Position numbers and translations under genes: made by a program. A stretch of 64,000 nt of DNA from contig JBGVPY010000079.1 in the NCBI GenBank assembly GCA_045127235.1, forward strand, positions 4,471-68,470, read 5' to 3'. The notes beneath the pieces are model-generated. The model was not told the DNA's origin and did not search any database. It saw nothing but the letters and a program-made list of their open reading frames with translations. The DNA is from Eubacteriales bacterium (GTDB lineage Bacteria > Bacillota > Clostridia > Oscillospirales > CAG-272). Within the stretch, counting starts at the first letter, position 1, and each line of letters opens with the position of its first letter. Shown piece after piece: positions 54,143 to 64,000 of the stretch.

Positions 54143-55603
54143 TTATTTTTTCTTTTTGAAAATGAAAGATCTAAATAAAACTACGTTTAAAATCACAAAG
54201 AAAGCGGCAATTATTAAAAAAGCAAGGACAGGGTGCTTGGGAGCAAAAGTATCGCTAGCAATAAACAAAAGTGGGAAACCGAAAATTATTGCAGGTAAAT
54301 TTTGATAAACCATATTTTCAGCAGCTGGAGATTCAAGATTATTGTCCTTTTCTCTTAAAAGAATAAGACCTGTACTTGCAGTTCCAGTGAGCATACCGTA
54401 CATCATTAAAAATTGTTCTTCAATATAGTTTGGGAATAATTTCTTGCAAATAATTCTAAGGTAGAAATATGTAATAACGGCTCCTAGTACGCCTAAAATT
54501 ATGAATGATAACCAATATTGCTTAAGAGCCTCAAATTTAATAGAAGCAATGCCAGAAACAACCATCAAATCAAAGAAAAATCCTGCTACACGCTTCATTA
54601 AAAATGAATTGATGTACTGTCTATTCATTATTTTATGCACTCTTAATCTTTTTACAATGTGATTTACAAGAGAAGCAATTAATACACCTATGAGAAAGTT
54701 AAAACCATAAATAGTGGCTTTCATTCCTGGAAGAAGCATTCCAAGACAGTACATTATACCGTATGCAATAACATAAGTAAGCAAAACAATGCCTAATTGA
54801 ATAGAAAGCTTGTCAATGCTACCAGTCATAGGGGATTCGCCCTTTTCTTGAATTTTATCAAGGGTAAGCTCTTCTGTTTCATCGGCATTGGCATTTATAG
54901 CTTTTTTCTTGTTTTTTCTATTGATTATACTTAAGTGAATTATACCGCCAATGCTTGCGCTTAAAAAGCCAAGGGCTGCTATTGTTAAACCAAAGCTACT
55001 ACCATTGCCAAATCCTACAGCTTCATACATTTTGCCGTAATTTAACGCTTGACCTGTGCCTTGTCCGTATCCAAATGGAAGAATAAGGCCTGCCGCCTTA
55101 AATCCACCAACTAATGAAGGAATAAGAATTGTAATTGCTAAGCCGATGGTTCCTTGAAGTAAATATGTTGAAACGGTTGTTACGCCTGTGTCAAAAACCT
55201 CTAGGCTTCTTTTTTTAGTAAGCTTTGCGCCATCAGGCTTAAACGCTGTTGCTATAAAGCCAAGTGCTAAAGCGTGATAAGTAATTATTTCTAAAACGCT
55301 TAATCCACCGATTGCAACCTTTGTACCATCATCAGATGTGGCGTATCCGTATTCGCCGAAATATTTTAAATCAAAAATGTTTTTCGGCAATATGGATTGA
55401 AGATCACCTACATTTTCAACAATTAGAGTATATATAATGGATATTAACAGTAGAAGCCCACCAGCTATAACTGATGTAGGCACTAATGAATTTTTTAAAA
55501 AAGAAACTTTGCGTTTAATTATATTTGCTACTAGTAAGCTGACTAGTAAAGATGACAAGAGGAGAATAAATCCCCAAACACTAGATTCCCAAAAGTTTAC
55601 CAT
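54143..55603 (-). CDS. Sodium:glutamate symporter (GltS/ESS)-like transporter
   Basis: VPTSVIAG, GYGQGTGQA, FGLTIAALG, YGMLTGTASTG..LLR; many TM helices; alternative TTG start at 55609. Confidence 0.75.
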   Translation of the reverse strand: MVNFWESSVWGFILLLSSLLVSLLVANIIKRKVSFLKNSLVPTSVIAGGLLLLISIIYTLIVENVGDLQSILPKNIFDLKYFGEYGYATSDDGTKVAIGGLSVLEIITYHALALGFIATAFKPDGAKLTKKRSLEVFDTGVTTVSTYLLQGTIGLAITILIPSLVGGFKAAGLILPFGYGQGTGQALNYGKMYEAVGFGNGSSFGLTIAALGFLSASIGGIIHLSIINRKNKKKAINANADETEELTLDKIQEKGESPMTGSIDKLSIQLGIVLLTYVIAYGIMYCLGMLLPGMKATIYGFNFLIGVLIASLVNHIVKRLRVHKIMNRQYINSFLMKRVAGFFFDLMVVSGIASIKFEALKQYWLSFIILGVLGAVITYFYLRIICKKLFPNYIEEQFLMMYGMLTGTASTGLILLREKDNNLESPAAENMVYQNLPAIIFGFPLLFIASDTFAPKHPVLAFLIIAAFFVILNVVLFRSFIFKKKK

Positions 55604-56813
55604 TTTCAATAACTCCTTTCGCGATATTAGCGTAATGATAATATAAGTTCATATATTTTAGAGCGTTAAATCGTTTATTTTTTGTTTTAATTTGATAAAT
55701 ATCGCTACCAACGTATATATTAAGCTTATTTCTGCCTAATACACTAACAGCAGTTATACTGTCAAATTGTAATGTAACGTTGTAATTTTCGTTTTTTAAT
55801 ACGTATTTATCTGCATATACGGAGAAGTTAATATTTTTTGCTAGTTTAACTTTTTTCTTATAGGGAATTACTTGATTGTAGTTGGTTATATCATCGCTAT
55901 ACAATGGTTCATCAATATAAGAGGATAAATCAGAATTAATTACGTAATCGCATTGAGCGTTATACCATTCTGAAATGAATTTGTATGGAAATTCGCAGTT
56001 TATCCCGATCAATTCTTTTGTATCAGCGTATTTAACCTGCTTGCCGCATTTTTTGCATGAAATAATTTGTCCATTACTTTCCCATACTGAAAAACCGCAG
56101 TCAGGACAGTAATACATGGCTCTTTCCAAATATTCGGCAGATTTTTTGTGTGGATAAGAAAAGTCAACCTTACATTCATTGTGATGCAACTCTTTGCAAA
56201 TTAAATCGTATAATTCATCATTTGAAAGAGAATTATATTCATCAGGTTCAATTACTCTTGAAACATAACAGTCCATTTTTCCTTTTCTTACAACATCGCT
56301 CCAACGAGGGTGTACTCCGTAACCACCGTCAAGCTTATAAATGATCAATGGAAGATTTAAAGCCTTAACTAATTGAGCAATGGCAGGCTTGATGTATCCT
56401 GTTTCGCCGCTAAACGTACGGTTTCCCTCAGGAGCAACGGCGATTGAGCCACCTTCCTTTGCCACTTTTTTGGAATCAATGACAGCTCTTACGTCAGTCA
56501 TTGATTTTTTTATTGGAATAGGAGCAACTAAATATTTAAGTAGAGAAGATATAAATCCGTTAGAGAATAAGTCTTCACTTGCTATGTAATAAATTGGCTG
56601 CTTAAATGCCATCCCTACAAAGAATTGGTCAAATGCAGTTTGATGATTATACAGAATGAAATATGCGCGTTTGTTTTTTTCCTTGAACTTATGTATTTTC
56701 ATACCATATTTTAATTTAGCATATGCATATATAAGCACCCAAGCAATGTTTCTTACAACTTTATGCCTGAATCTTATCCATTTTTTCTTTTTGTTTTTCT
56801 TTTTCTTTTTCAT
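55581..56813 (-). CDS. PlsC-like glycerophospholipid acyltransferase with C-terminal extension
   Basis: NHQTAFD (HxxxxD), VAPEGNRT, PRWS; CPDCG..CKKCG Cys motif. Confidence 0.8.
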   Translation of the reverse strand: MKKKKKNKKKKWIRFRHKVVRNIAWVLIYAYAKLKYGMKIHKFKEKNKRAYFILYNHQTAFDQFFVGMAFKQPIYYIASEDLFSNGFISSLLKYLVAPIPIKKSMTDVRAVIDSKKVAKEGGSIAVAPEGNRTFSGETGYIKPAIAQLVKALNLPLIIYKLDGGYGVHPRWSDVVRKGKMDCYVSRVIEPDEYNSLSNDELYDLICKELHHNECKVDFSYPHKKSAEYLERAMYYCPDCGFSVWESNGQIISCKKCGKQVKYADTKELIGINCEFPYKFISEWYNAQCDYVINSDLSSYIDEPLYSDDITNYNQVIPYKKKVKLAKNINFSVYADKYVLKNENYNVTLQFDSITAVSVLGRNKLNIYVGSDIYQIKTKNKRFNALKYMNLYYHYANIAKGVIENGKLLGI

Positions 56814-57004
56814 AGAAAATCCTTATAAATTAAGATATAAACATACATATTATAACACATTATACTCAATTTGTCAAATTTTATCTTAAAAGTCAAATTT
56901 ATAGTGCAGTAAAATTAATAATGATAAAAAATAACAAGTGTTTTAGTATTATTTTATATCGAAAAAAATATCATTATACTAAGTAAATTTACGAGGTAAA
57001 TGTT

Positions 57005-59233
57005 TTGACAAATAGAATTAGCGGAAAAACTATAAAAAGAGGAATAATTCTGTTAAGTGTATTTTTCGTGATAAGTATTTTAATAGCGATTGCTCTTTTT
57101 AAATTGCAAATTTTAGGGTACGATGATTATCAAGATAGCGTACTGAATCAATTAACTGTAGAAACAAACGTAAATCCTTTAAGAGGAACTATTTACGAGA
57201 GAAACGGGAAAATTTTAGCTTCAAACAAAACCGTCTGGGTACTTTATGTTTTACCTAAAAACATTGAAAATCCTGAGTATATTGCTAGTAAGCTTTCTGA
57301 AATAACAGGAATTGAATATGATGCCATTCTTAAAAAAGCGAAGAAAACAGGATATAAATATCAAATTATACATAATGCTTTAGATGATGAAGCAACGAAA
57401 AAAATTAGGGGATTTATTGATGAAAACAATTTAACTGATCAAATTCAATTAAATGCAAGTTCAAAAAGATATTATCCTTATTCAACGTTGGCATCACATG
57501 CATTGGGATTTGTAAATGCTGACGGCATAGGGATTTATGGTCTTGAAAAGGTGTATAACAATATTTTAGAAGGCACTAGCGGAAGATACGTAACTGCGCA
57601 AAACGCACAAAGCGGAGAGATGCCGTTTCAATATGAAGAATATATAGAATCAAGCGATGGGTACAATTTAGTATCCACGATTGATTTATACCTACAATAT
57701 CAGCTTGAAGCGCAATTAAAACTAGCTGCAATAGAATCTGGAGCTAAAAATCGTGCAGCTGGAATTGTAATGAATCCACAAACAGGAGAGATATATGCAA
57801 TTTCCGTTTATCCAAGCTTTGATTTAAATGAGCCGTACACCCTTGACAGCAATTCGCAAGAAACACTAAATCAGTATGAAAAGAATACACGAGAATACAA
57901 AAATGAATATTTAAATTTACTGTTTTCAATGTGGAGCAATAAAGCTATTTCAGAACTGTATGAGCCTGGATCAACTTTCAAATTGATAACTACATCGGTA
58001 GCATTACAAGAGGGCGTTGCAAGCTTAAATAGCGGATTTTATTGTTCAGGCTCACTTAAAATAGACGGCTTTTATAGAGCAATTAGCTGTCATAAAAGAA
58101 CAGGACACGGTTCACTAAATTTCGCCGAAGCGCTTCAGCAATCGTGTAATCCGTCTATGATGATTCTATCATCAAGAATTGGTAAGGAAAAATTTTATGA
58201 CTATTTTAAAAGATTCGGATACACGAGCAAAACGGGAATTGATTTGCCATCTGAGGCAAAAGGATATTATCATAGCTTTAATGAATTTTCAAATGTTTCA
58301 TTAGCAGTTTATTCTTTTGGGCAAACCTTCAAAACAACAGCTATACAGCAGTTAAGAGGTATTTGTGCTGTTGCAAACGGAGGATATTTAGTAACTCCTC
58401 ATCTATTAAAGGAAATAACCGATAATAATGGTAATGCCATATATGAGCATAAAACCGAAAAAAGCGAACAAATAATTTCAGAAGAGGTATGCAAAACCAT
58501 ATCGCTAATATTAAAGGACGGCGTTGACGGTGCAGGCGGAGCTAAAAATGCATATGTTGCAGGTTATAGCATAGCAGCGAAAACAGGAACGTCAGAGAAA
58601 AAGGATAAATATGACGAAAACGGAAATACGCCATATAGAGTATCATCGTGTGTTGCTTATGCTCCATATGATAACCCTCAAATAGCGGTAATAATGCTTG
58701 TTGATGAACCCAGTATAGGCACAGCATACGGTAGCGTCGTAGTAGCTCCATATGTTTCAAAGTTTTTAGAATTAGCATTACCGTACCTAGGAGTTGAGCC
58801 TGTGTTTAGCGAAAATGATAAGGAGCATGAGCAAATTGAAGTTCCTGATGTACGTGGTATTTCATTAAATGATGCCAAGAATATTCTTGAGAAATCAGGA
58901 ATAAATTACGAAATAATAGGCGATGGAGAAGTGGTTATCTCTCAAACACCTATTGCAAAAAGCGTAATATACAAAAAAACAGGAAAGGTTTTATTATATA
59001 CGTCAAATACAACTGCAACTCATGGTAAAGTACCAAACGTGATAGGAAAAACACCGGAAGTGGCAAATTTAATTTTAACAAATGCAGGCTTTAATATAAA
59101 GTTTGAAGGCTCATTGAATTTCTCTAAGCATAATGGTGCGATAGTAACAGCACAATATCCCATGGAGAATGAATATTATGAGTTTGGTAAGACGGTAACA
59201 ATTAAAATCTTATATACTGACGAAAAGGATTAA
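57005..59233 (+). CDS. Class B penicillin-binding protein with two PASTA domains (SpoVD/FtsI-like)
   Basis: RGTIYERNG, YEPGSTFK (SxxK), QSCN, KTGT, PASTA repeats (VPDVRG, VPNVIG). Confidence 0.9.
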   Translation: MTNRISGKTIKRGIILLSVFFVISILIAIALFKLQILGYDDYQDSVLNQLTVETNVNPLRGTIYERNGKILASNKTVWVLYVLPKNIENPEYIASKLSEITGIEYDAILKKAKKTGYKYQIIHNALDDEATKKIRGFIDENNLTDQIQLNASSKRYYPYSTLASHALGFVNADGIGIYGLEKVYNNILEGTSGRYVTAQNAQSGEMPFQYEEYIESSDGYNLVSTIDLYLQYQLEAQLKLAAIESGAKNRAAGIVMNPQTGEIYAISVYPSFDLNEPYTLDSNSQETLNQYEKNTREYKNEYLNLLFSMWSNKAISELYEPGSTFKLITTSVALQEGVASLNSGFYCSGSLKIDGFYRAISCHKRTGHGSLNFAEALQQSCNPSMMILSSRIGKEKFYDYFKRFGYTSKTGIDLPSEAKGYYHSFNEFSNVSLAVYSFGQTFKTTAIQQLRGICAVANGGYLVTPHLLKEITDNNGNAIYEHKTEKSEQIISEEVCKTISLILKDGVDGAGGAKNAYVAGYSIAAKTGTSEKKDKYDENGNTPYRVSSCVAYAPYDNPQIAVIMLVDEPSIGTAYGSVVVAPYVSKFLELALPYLGVEPVFSENDKEHEQIEVPDVRGISLNDAKNILEKSGINYEIIGDGEVVISQTPIAKSVIYKKTGKVLLYTSNTTATHGKVPNVIGKTPEVANLILTNAGFNIKFEGSLNFSKHNGAIVTAQYPMENEYYEFGKTVTIKILYTDEKD

Positions 59234-59234
59234 A

Positions 59235-60689
59235 ATGAAGCTATATGAATTACTAAAAGACGTTAAAATAAAATGCTTAAATGTTGATTTGAATAGCGAT
59301 GTTAATGGAATATCATCTGATTCACGAAATGTTTCTAAAGGCGATGTTTTTGTTGCGATAAAAGGCAACAAGAGAAATGGTAATGATTATATAGAAAGCG
59401 CAATAAACCAAGGCGCTGTTGCAGTTGTTTCACAGGAAAACAGTCAATTTTTAGGAGTTCCATTTATTAAAGTGGAGAATGACAGAGAGGCGCTTGCTAA
59501 AATTTGGAATGCTTATTATGGTCATCCAACAAAAAACATAAAAGTAATAGCATTTACAGGAACAAACGGAAAAACGTCGTGCGTTCATTTGTTGAAATCA
59601 ATATTAAAAAGTGCCAATAAAAAATACGGTATTATTTCTACAATAGGTAGTGAAATAAACGGTGAAAGAATAAATTTTTCAGGTGGAAGTGAGATAAGTG
59701 ATATTCCATCATCAATGACTACCCCTGACCCTAAATATTTGTACGAATTGCTTTATATAATGAAAAATCAAAACGTTGAATACGTGGTTATGGAAGCATC
59801 ATCGCATGCTTTGGAGCAGTGTAAATTAGCAGGAATAGATATTTATATTGGCGCATTTACTAATTTATCAAGCGAGCATTTAGACTACCATGAAACGATG
59901 GAAAACTATTTTAAATCTAAGAAAAAGCTATTTGAACTGTGCAAATATGGGGTTGTAAATATTGATAACGTTTATGGTTTAGAGTTAAAAAATAGTATTA
60001 TCAAGGTTAAAGCTGTATCTATGAAGCAAAAATCTGATTTTTACGGAGAAAACTTGGTAATTAGTGGTAATGGATGTGAATTTAGCTTTAATCATTTATG
60101 TAAATCATTTAGGATAACATCAAAGCTGATAGGGAATTTTGTTCCTGAAAATATAATTTTGTCCGCTGCTTGTGCGTCAATGCTGGGTATATCAAGCGAG
60201 TGTATTTCTGATGGCATTTTCAATCTGGAATATATTGATGGAAGAATGGAAAAAATAGCAGAAAACATTTTTATTGATTATGCCCATACACCCGAAGCTT
60301 TTGAAAATGTTCTGGCTTCAATAAAATCGCAATTTAATAAACGAATAATTGTTTTGTTTGGATGCGGTGGCAATAGAGATAAGTCAAAAAGAGCAAAAAT
60401 GGGAGAAATTGCATCAAAATTCGCAAATGAAGTAATAATCACATCGGATAATTCAAGAGATGAGAATACGTTTGACATAATAAAAGAGATATTTTCAGGC
60501 GTTGAAAAAGGAAAAACCTGCTATATGATTCCTGATAGAAAAGACGCGATAAAATTTGCGATTAAGCGATTGAACAGCGACAGTATTTTGCTTTTACTTG
60601 GCAAAGGACATGAAAAATATGAAATTAATAATAATGGAATGCAATATTTTAATGAAAAAGAAATAGTGAAGGAAGCGCTAAATGTATAA
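59235..60689 (+). CDS. murE: UDP-MurNAc-dipeptide--diamino acid ligase
   Basis: FTGTNGKTS, TTPD, MEASSH, FTNLSSEHLDYH, IDYAHTP, FGCGGNRD, DNSR, GKGHE. Confidence 0.93.
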   Translation: MKLYELLKDVKIKCLNVDLNSDVNGISSDSRNVSKGDVFVAIKGNKRNGNDYIESAINQGAVAVVSQENSQFLGVPFIKVENDREALAKIWNAYYGHPTKNIKVIAFTGTNGKTSCVHLLKSILKSANKKYGIISTIGSEINGERINFSGGSEISDIPSSMTTPDPKYLYELLYIMKNQNVEYVVMEASSHALEQCKLAGIDIYIGAFTNLSSEHLDYHETMENYFKSKKKLFELCKYGVVNIDNVYGLELKNSIIKVKAVSMKQKSDFYGENLVISGNGCEFSFNHLCKSFRITSKLIGNFVPENIILSAACASMLGISSECISDGIFNLEYIDGRMEKIAENIFIDYAHTPEAFENVLASIKSQFNKRIIVLFGCGGNRDKSKRAKMGEIASKFANEVIITSDNSRDENTFDIIKEIFSGVEKGKTCYMIPDRKDAIKFAIKRLNSDSILLLLGKGHEKYEINNNGMQYFNEKEIVKEALNV

Positions 60690-62019
60690 AATTCAACCGA
60701 TTGATGCTACTGAAATATCAAATGTAATAAAAGGGAAATTGTACGGCGTAAATTCAAAGGTTGAATACGTTTCTACCGATACTCGTGAGGCTTTTTTGCC
60801 AAATACTGCATATATTGCGCTTAAAGGAGAAAATTTTGATGGGAATTCATTTATAAATGAAGCTATTAAAAAAAGAAGTAGCTTGATAATTTCCAATGCA
60901 GATATTGATGACAAAATTTCACATATAAACGTTAGTAACTCTATAATCGCCTTAGGGACGTTGGCGAAATATTTAAGCAAAGATATTAGAAAAATAGGTA
61001 TTACGGGAAGCGTAGGAAAAACAACAGTCAAGGAAATGACGCATCTAGTGCTTAATGAAAAATTTAATGTTTCAAAAACCAATAAAAATGAAAATAACGA
61101 AATCGGGGTGCCAATAACTCTTTTAAAAGCAATAAATAATGATTTTTGTGTTGTTGAAATGGGAATGAGGGGCTTGGATCAAATAAGATATTTATCAAAT
61201 GTTTGTGAGCCGGAAATATCGATAATTACAAACGTTGGTACTTCTCATCTTGAAAAATTAAAATCTGTTGAAAATATATTTAAAGCTAAAATGGAAATTT
61301 TGGAGCATACTAAAAATTTTGCAATAGTTCCATATGAAAAAAGGTTTGTTTCTTATGATTATGAAAAAATCAAACCAATTTTTATAGGTAAGGACGTAAA
61401 ATATTGCGAGATAAAATATAGTGATTATGGAATGGAATTTTCAGTAGATTATTTTGGCGAGAAAATCGAAGGATTTAAAATGGAAGGATTTAACTTATGC
61501 AACGTAAATAATGCTCTGTTTTCAGTAGCGGTAGGAAAATTGTGTGAAATTCCAACCGATTTAATCATAAGAGGTATAAACAGATTTAAAAGCGAAAACT
61601 TACACGGAGAAGTGATTGAATTTAAAGGAATTATAGTTATACTTGATTGTTATAATGCATCATATGAAAGCGTTAAAGCATCATTGTTTTCTTTAAAGAA
61701 ATTTTCAGAAATAAAAAGAAAGACACCTTATTTATTGCTTGGGGATATGCTTGAAATTGGGGATAAAGCTGAAGAATTTCATTACCGAATTGGAGAACTT
61801 GCCAAAGATTTATCAATAAAAAATCTATTTGCCACAGGAAAATATGCCAAGAATACATTAGATGGATTTCTTGGTGGAGAATACGTTGAAAATGATGCCT
61901 CGTTGTCTAAAAGAATTTTTAATTCATTAGGAGAAAATGACGTAATACTAGTAAAGGGAAGCAGAAAAATGAAATTAGAAAAAATCATAGAGCAAATGAA
62001 AGTGAAAAATAATGATTAA
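60682..62019 (+). CDS. murF: UDP-MurNAc-tripeptide--D-Ala-D-Ala ligase
   Basis: GITGSVGKTTVKE, NNEIGVP, VEMGM, DCYNAS, GDMLEIG, LVKGSR. Confidence 0.93.
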   Translation: MYKIQPIDATEISNVIKGKLYGVNSKVEYVSTDTREAFLPNTAYIALKGENFDGNSFINEAIKKRSSLIISNADIDDKISHINVSNSIIALGTLAKYLSKDIRKIGITGSVGKTTVKEMTHLVLNEKFNVSKTNKNENNEIGVPITLLKAINNDFCVVEMGMRGLDQIRYLSNVCEPEISIITNVGTSHLEKLKSVENIFKAKMEILEHTKNFAIVPYEKRFVSYDYEKIKPIFIGKDVKYCEIKYSDYGMEFSVDYFGEKIEGFKMEGFNLCNVNNALFSVAVGKLCEIPTDLIIRGINRFKSENLHGEVIEFKGIIVILDCYNASYESVKASLFSLKKFSEIKRKTPYLLLGDMLEIGDKAEEFHYRIGELAKDLSIKNLFATGKYAKNTLDGFLGGEYVENDASLSKRIFNSLGENDVILVKGSRKMKLEKIIEQMKVKNND

Positions 62020-63013
62020 TTTATATATTTTTTTAGTGTGCTTTTTTGTAACCATATCATCAACTGTTTTGATACTGTTAAAGCTAATTCCGTATTTGAA
62101 ATCAGTTAAAATCGGACAAAAAATTCTTGATATAGGTCCTAATTGGCATAAATCAAAGGAGGGAACGCCAACAATGTGCGGTATTTCCTTTGTGGTAGCA
62201 GGAATATTTGGAGTTTTAGCAGTTTTTATAGCTTTTTATGAAAAGATTCAAACAAGAGAAATTATTTTAATTTTAAACATATACGTATATGGTATTTTAA
62301 ATGCTTTAATTGGAGTAATTGACGATATAGCCAAAATTAAAAAAGCAAAAAACGAAGGACTCACACCAAAAGTGAAATTTTTATTTCAATCCTTTGCAGC
62401 AGTACTGTTTCTCATATCTTTAAAATACACAGTTGGAATAAGTACTACCCTGTATATTCCGTACTTTAATTATAATTTAGAGCTTGGTTTTTTTTACTAT
62501 TTAATATCATATTTTGTTTTATGCGGAATAGTAAACAGCGTTAATTTAACGGACGGGATTGACGGATTAGCATCTAGCGTTTCATTAACTGTCGGTTTGT
62601 TTTTGTTTTTTGTTTCTTTCACAAAGCTCGAAAGTATTCCTCTTTTAGTAATTTCCGCAGTTATAATAGGCGGAACAATAGGATTTTTATTTTTTAATTT
62701 GCATCCTGCAAAAGCATTTATGGGCGATACAGGATCACTATTTTTAGGTGCTATTATAGCTTCATCAGCCTTTGTATTAAATAGTCCTTTGCTTGTTTTA
62801 GTGTATGGATTTGTATTTGTAATAGAAGCTTTTTCCGATATTTTGCAAGTTATATACTTTAAAATTTCTCACGGAAAGAGAATATTCAAAATGGCTCCAT
62901 TGCATCATCATTTTGAAAAAAGTGGATATAGTGAAATGAAAATTGTAATGTTGTTTTCGTTTGCAAATGCAGTATTTTGTATTTTGGCGTATTTTGGTTT
63001 AGAAAATTTATGA
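62012..63013 (+). CDS. mraY: Phospho-MurNAc-pentapeptide transferase
   Basis: KEGTPTMCG, IGVIDD, NSVNLTDGIDGL, FMGDTGSL, FKMAPLHHHFE. Confidence 0.95.
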   Translation: MINLYIFLVCFFVTISSTVLILLKLIPYLKSVKIGQKILDIGPNWHKSKEGTPTMCGISFVVAGIFGVLAVFIAFYEKIQTREIILILNIYVYGILNALIGVIDDIAKIKKAKNEGLTPKVKFLFQSFAAVLFLISLKYTVGISTTLYIPYFNYNLELGFFYYLISYFVLCGIVNSVNLTDGIDGLASSVSLTVGLFLFFVSFTKLESIPLLVISAVIIGGTIGFLFFNLHPAKAFMGDTGSLFLGAIIASSAFVLNSPLLVLVYGFVFVIEAFSDILQVIYFKISHGKRIFKMAPLHHHFEKSGYSEMKIVMLFSFANAVFCILAYFGLENL

Positions 63014-64000
63014 AAAGTGAGCTATCAGTAAACAGTAGAACAAAGAAAAAAATTAAAAGATTGCCCATTGATAAAAATCTTTTGTTATTAATTTTTTTAA
63101 TTTTAATCATGGGTACGATGATGATTTTTAGCGCAAGCTACCCTTATGCTAAATCGCATTATAATGACGGTGCGTATTACATTAAAAGGCAAGCTGTATT
63201 TCTCTTAATTGGAATAATCGCTATGATGATAACTTCAAAGGTATCAATAAATTTTTATAAAAATTTTTCGTTGTATTTTTATTTAATTTGTTTGATGCTA
63301 TTGGTGTTGGTTTTATTTGGTGGCTTTTCTGAAGGTGTTGCAAAAAGGTGGTTAGGCGTTCCGGGTACGCCCTTATCTTTTCAACCGTCAGAGCTTATGA
63401 AGCTCGGCGTTATACTTGCACTAAGCTGGTATATTAGCAATAATCAAGAGAAAAAAATAGGATACAAAAAAGAAATTTTGATTCCAGGAATAATTTTATT
63501 TACTGCTTGCGGATTAGTGTTACTTGAGAAGCATTTATCGGGAACAATTATAATTGCCTTAATAGGTCTTAGTGTTTTATTTATTTCAGGTACATCAATA
63601 AAGAAAATGTTTTTAACATACGGAGTTTCTGCTTTAGCGGGAGGGGCAATTTTTCTGTTAACAAATAGTTATGCCATGAAAAGAATAGAGTCTTTTTTAA
63701 ATCCTAATGCAGATGTTTTAAGCGATAAATGGCAAACCACACAAGGACTATATGCAATCGGTTCGGGTGGACTTTTCGGTTTAGGATATATGAATAGCAG
63801 ACAAAAATATAGCTATGTTTCTGAGCCGCAAAACGATTTTATTTTCACAATATGGTGTGAAGAAATGGGCTACATAGGCGCAATCGTACTAATAATGGTA
63901 TATTTACTTTTGATTTTAAGAGGGTATAAAATAGCATTTAGTGCAAATGACTCTTTTTCAGCATTCGTTGCTTTTGGCATAACAAGTCAAGTTGCAATTC
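63010..64000 (+). CDS. ftsW: SEDS protein FtsW/SpoVE (3' truncated by window edge; not in the ORF track)
   Basis: Read manually from ATG 63010: MIFSAS, AKRWLG, FQPSELMK, GLYAIGSGG, VSEPQNDFIF; the frame runs off the window. Confidence 0.9.
   Translation, partial: MKSELSVNSRTKKKIKRLPIDKNLLLLIFLILIMGTMMIFSASYPYAKSHYNDGAYYIKRQAVFLLIGIIAMMITSKVSINFYKNFSLYFYLICLMLLVLVLFGGFSEGVAKRWLGVPGTPLSFQPSELMKLGVILALSWYISNNQEKKIGYKKEILIPGIILFTACGLVLLEKHLSGTIIIALIGLSVLFISGTSIKKMFLTYGVSALAGGAIFLLTNSYAMKRIESFLNPNADVLSDKWQTTQGLYAIGSGGLFGLGYMNSRQKYSYVSEPQNDFIFTIWCEEMGYIGAIVLIMVYLLLILRGYKIAFSANDSFSAFVAFGITSQVAI

Noticed and set aside
62012-63100. murD missing between mraY and ftsW
   Set aside because: Relocation of murD is common in Clostridia, and its absence from the genome cannot be judged from this window.
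4199-63110. Numerous short antisense or out-of-frame ORFs in the track (e.g. 4430-4768, 9024-9449, 24494-24874, 36055-36432, 45370-45822, 60693-61082)
   Set aside because: They are fully nested in well-supported genes and lack SDs and recognisable motifs; shadow ORFs.

Overview
Chromosomal segment of a low-GC, spore-forming Clostridia-type Firmicute (SASP, SpoIIQ-like M23 peptidase, SpoVD/FtsI-type PBP). Most of it is housekeeping: icd, pcrA, serC/serA, ileS, glyS, ptsH, uvrC, rsmD, coaD, prfB, a split mraZ-rsmH / pbp-murE-murF-mraY-ftsW division cluster, tRNA-Leu(CAA), a yybP-ykoY riboswitch and an Ile T-box leader, plus several surface proteins. Two accessory regions stand out. (1) An 11.3-kb putative defence operon (21561-32837): SNF2-type helicase with a PLD-like N-terminus, four-helix-bundle protein, DUF4391-like protein, two Type III Mod paralogues with different target-recognition domains, and one Res. 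The four-helix-bundle gene is bracketed by inverted 7-nt-periodic repeats that could fold it out of the mRNA and bring the helicase stop codon next to the SD-less start of the DUF4391-like gene. (2) A ~1-kb segment (40185-41197) bounded by ~45-bp imperfect inverted repeats, carrying a peptidase E gene and several GTAG-type REP-like hairpins, with no transposase in the window. All family assignments come from motif recognition by eye; no database searches were run.
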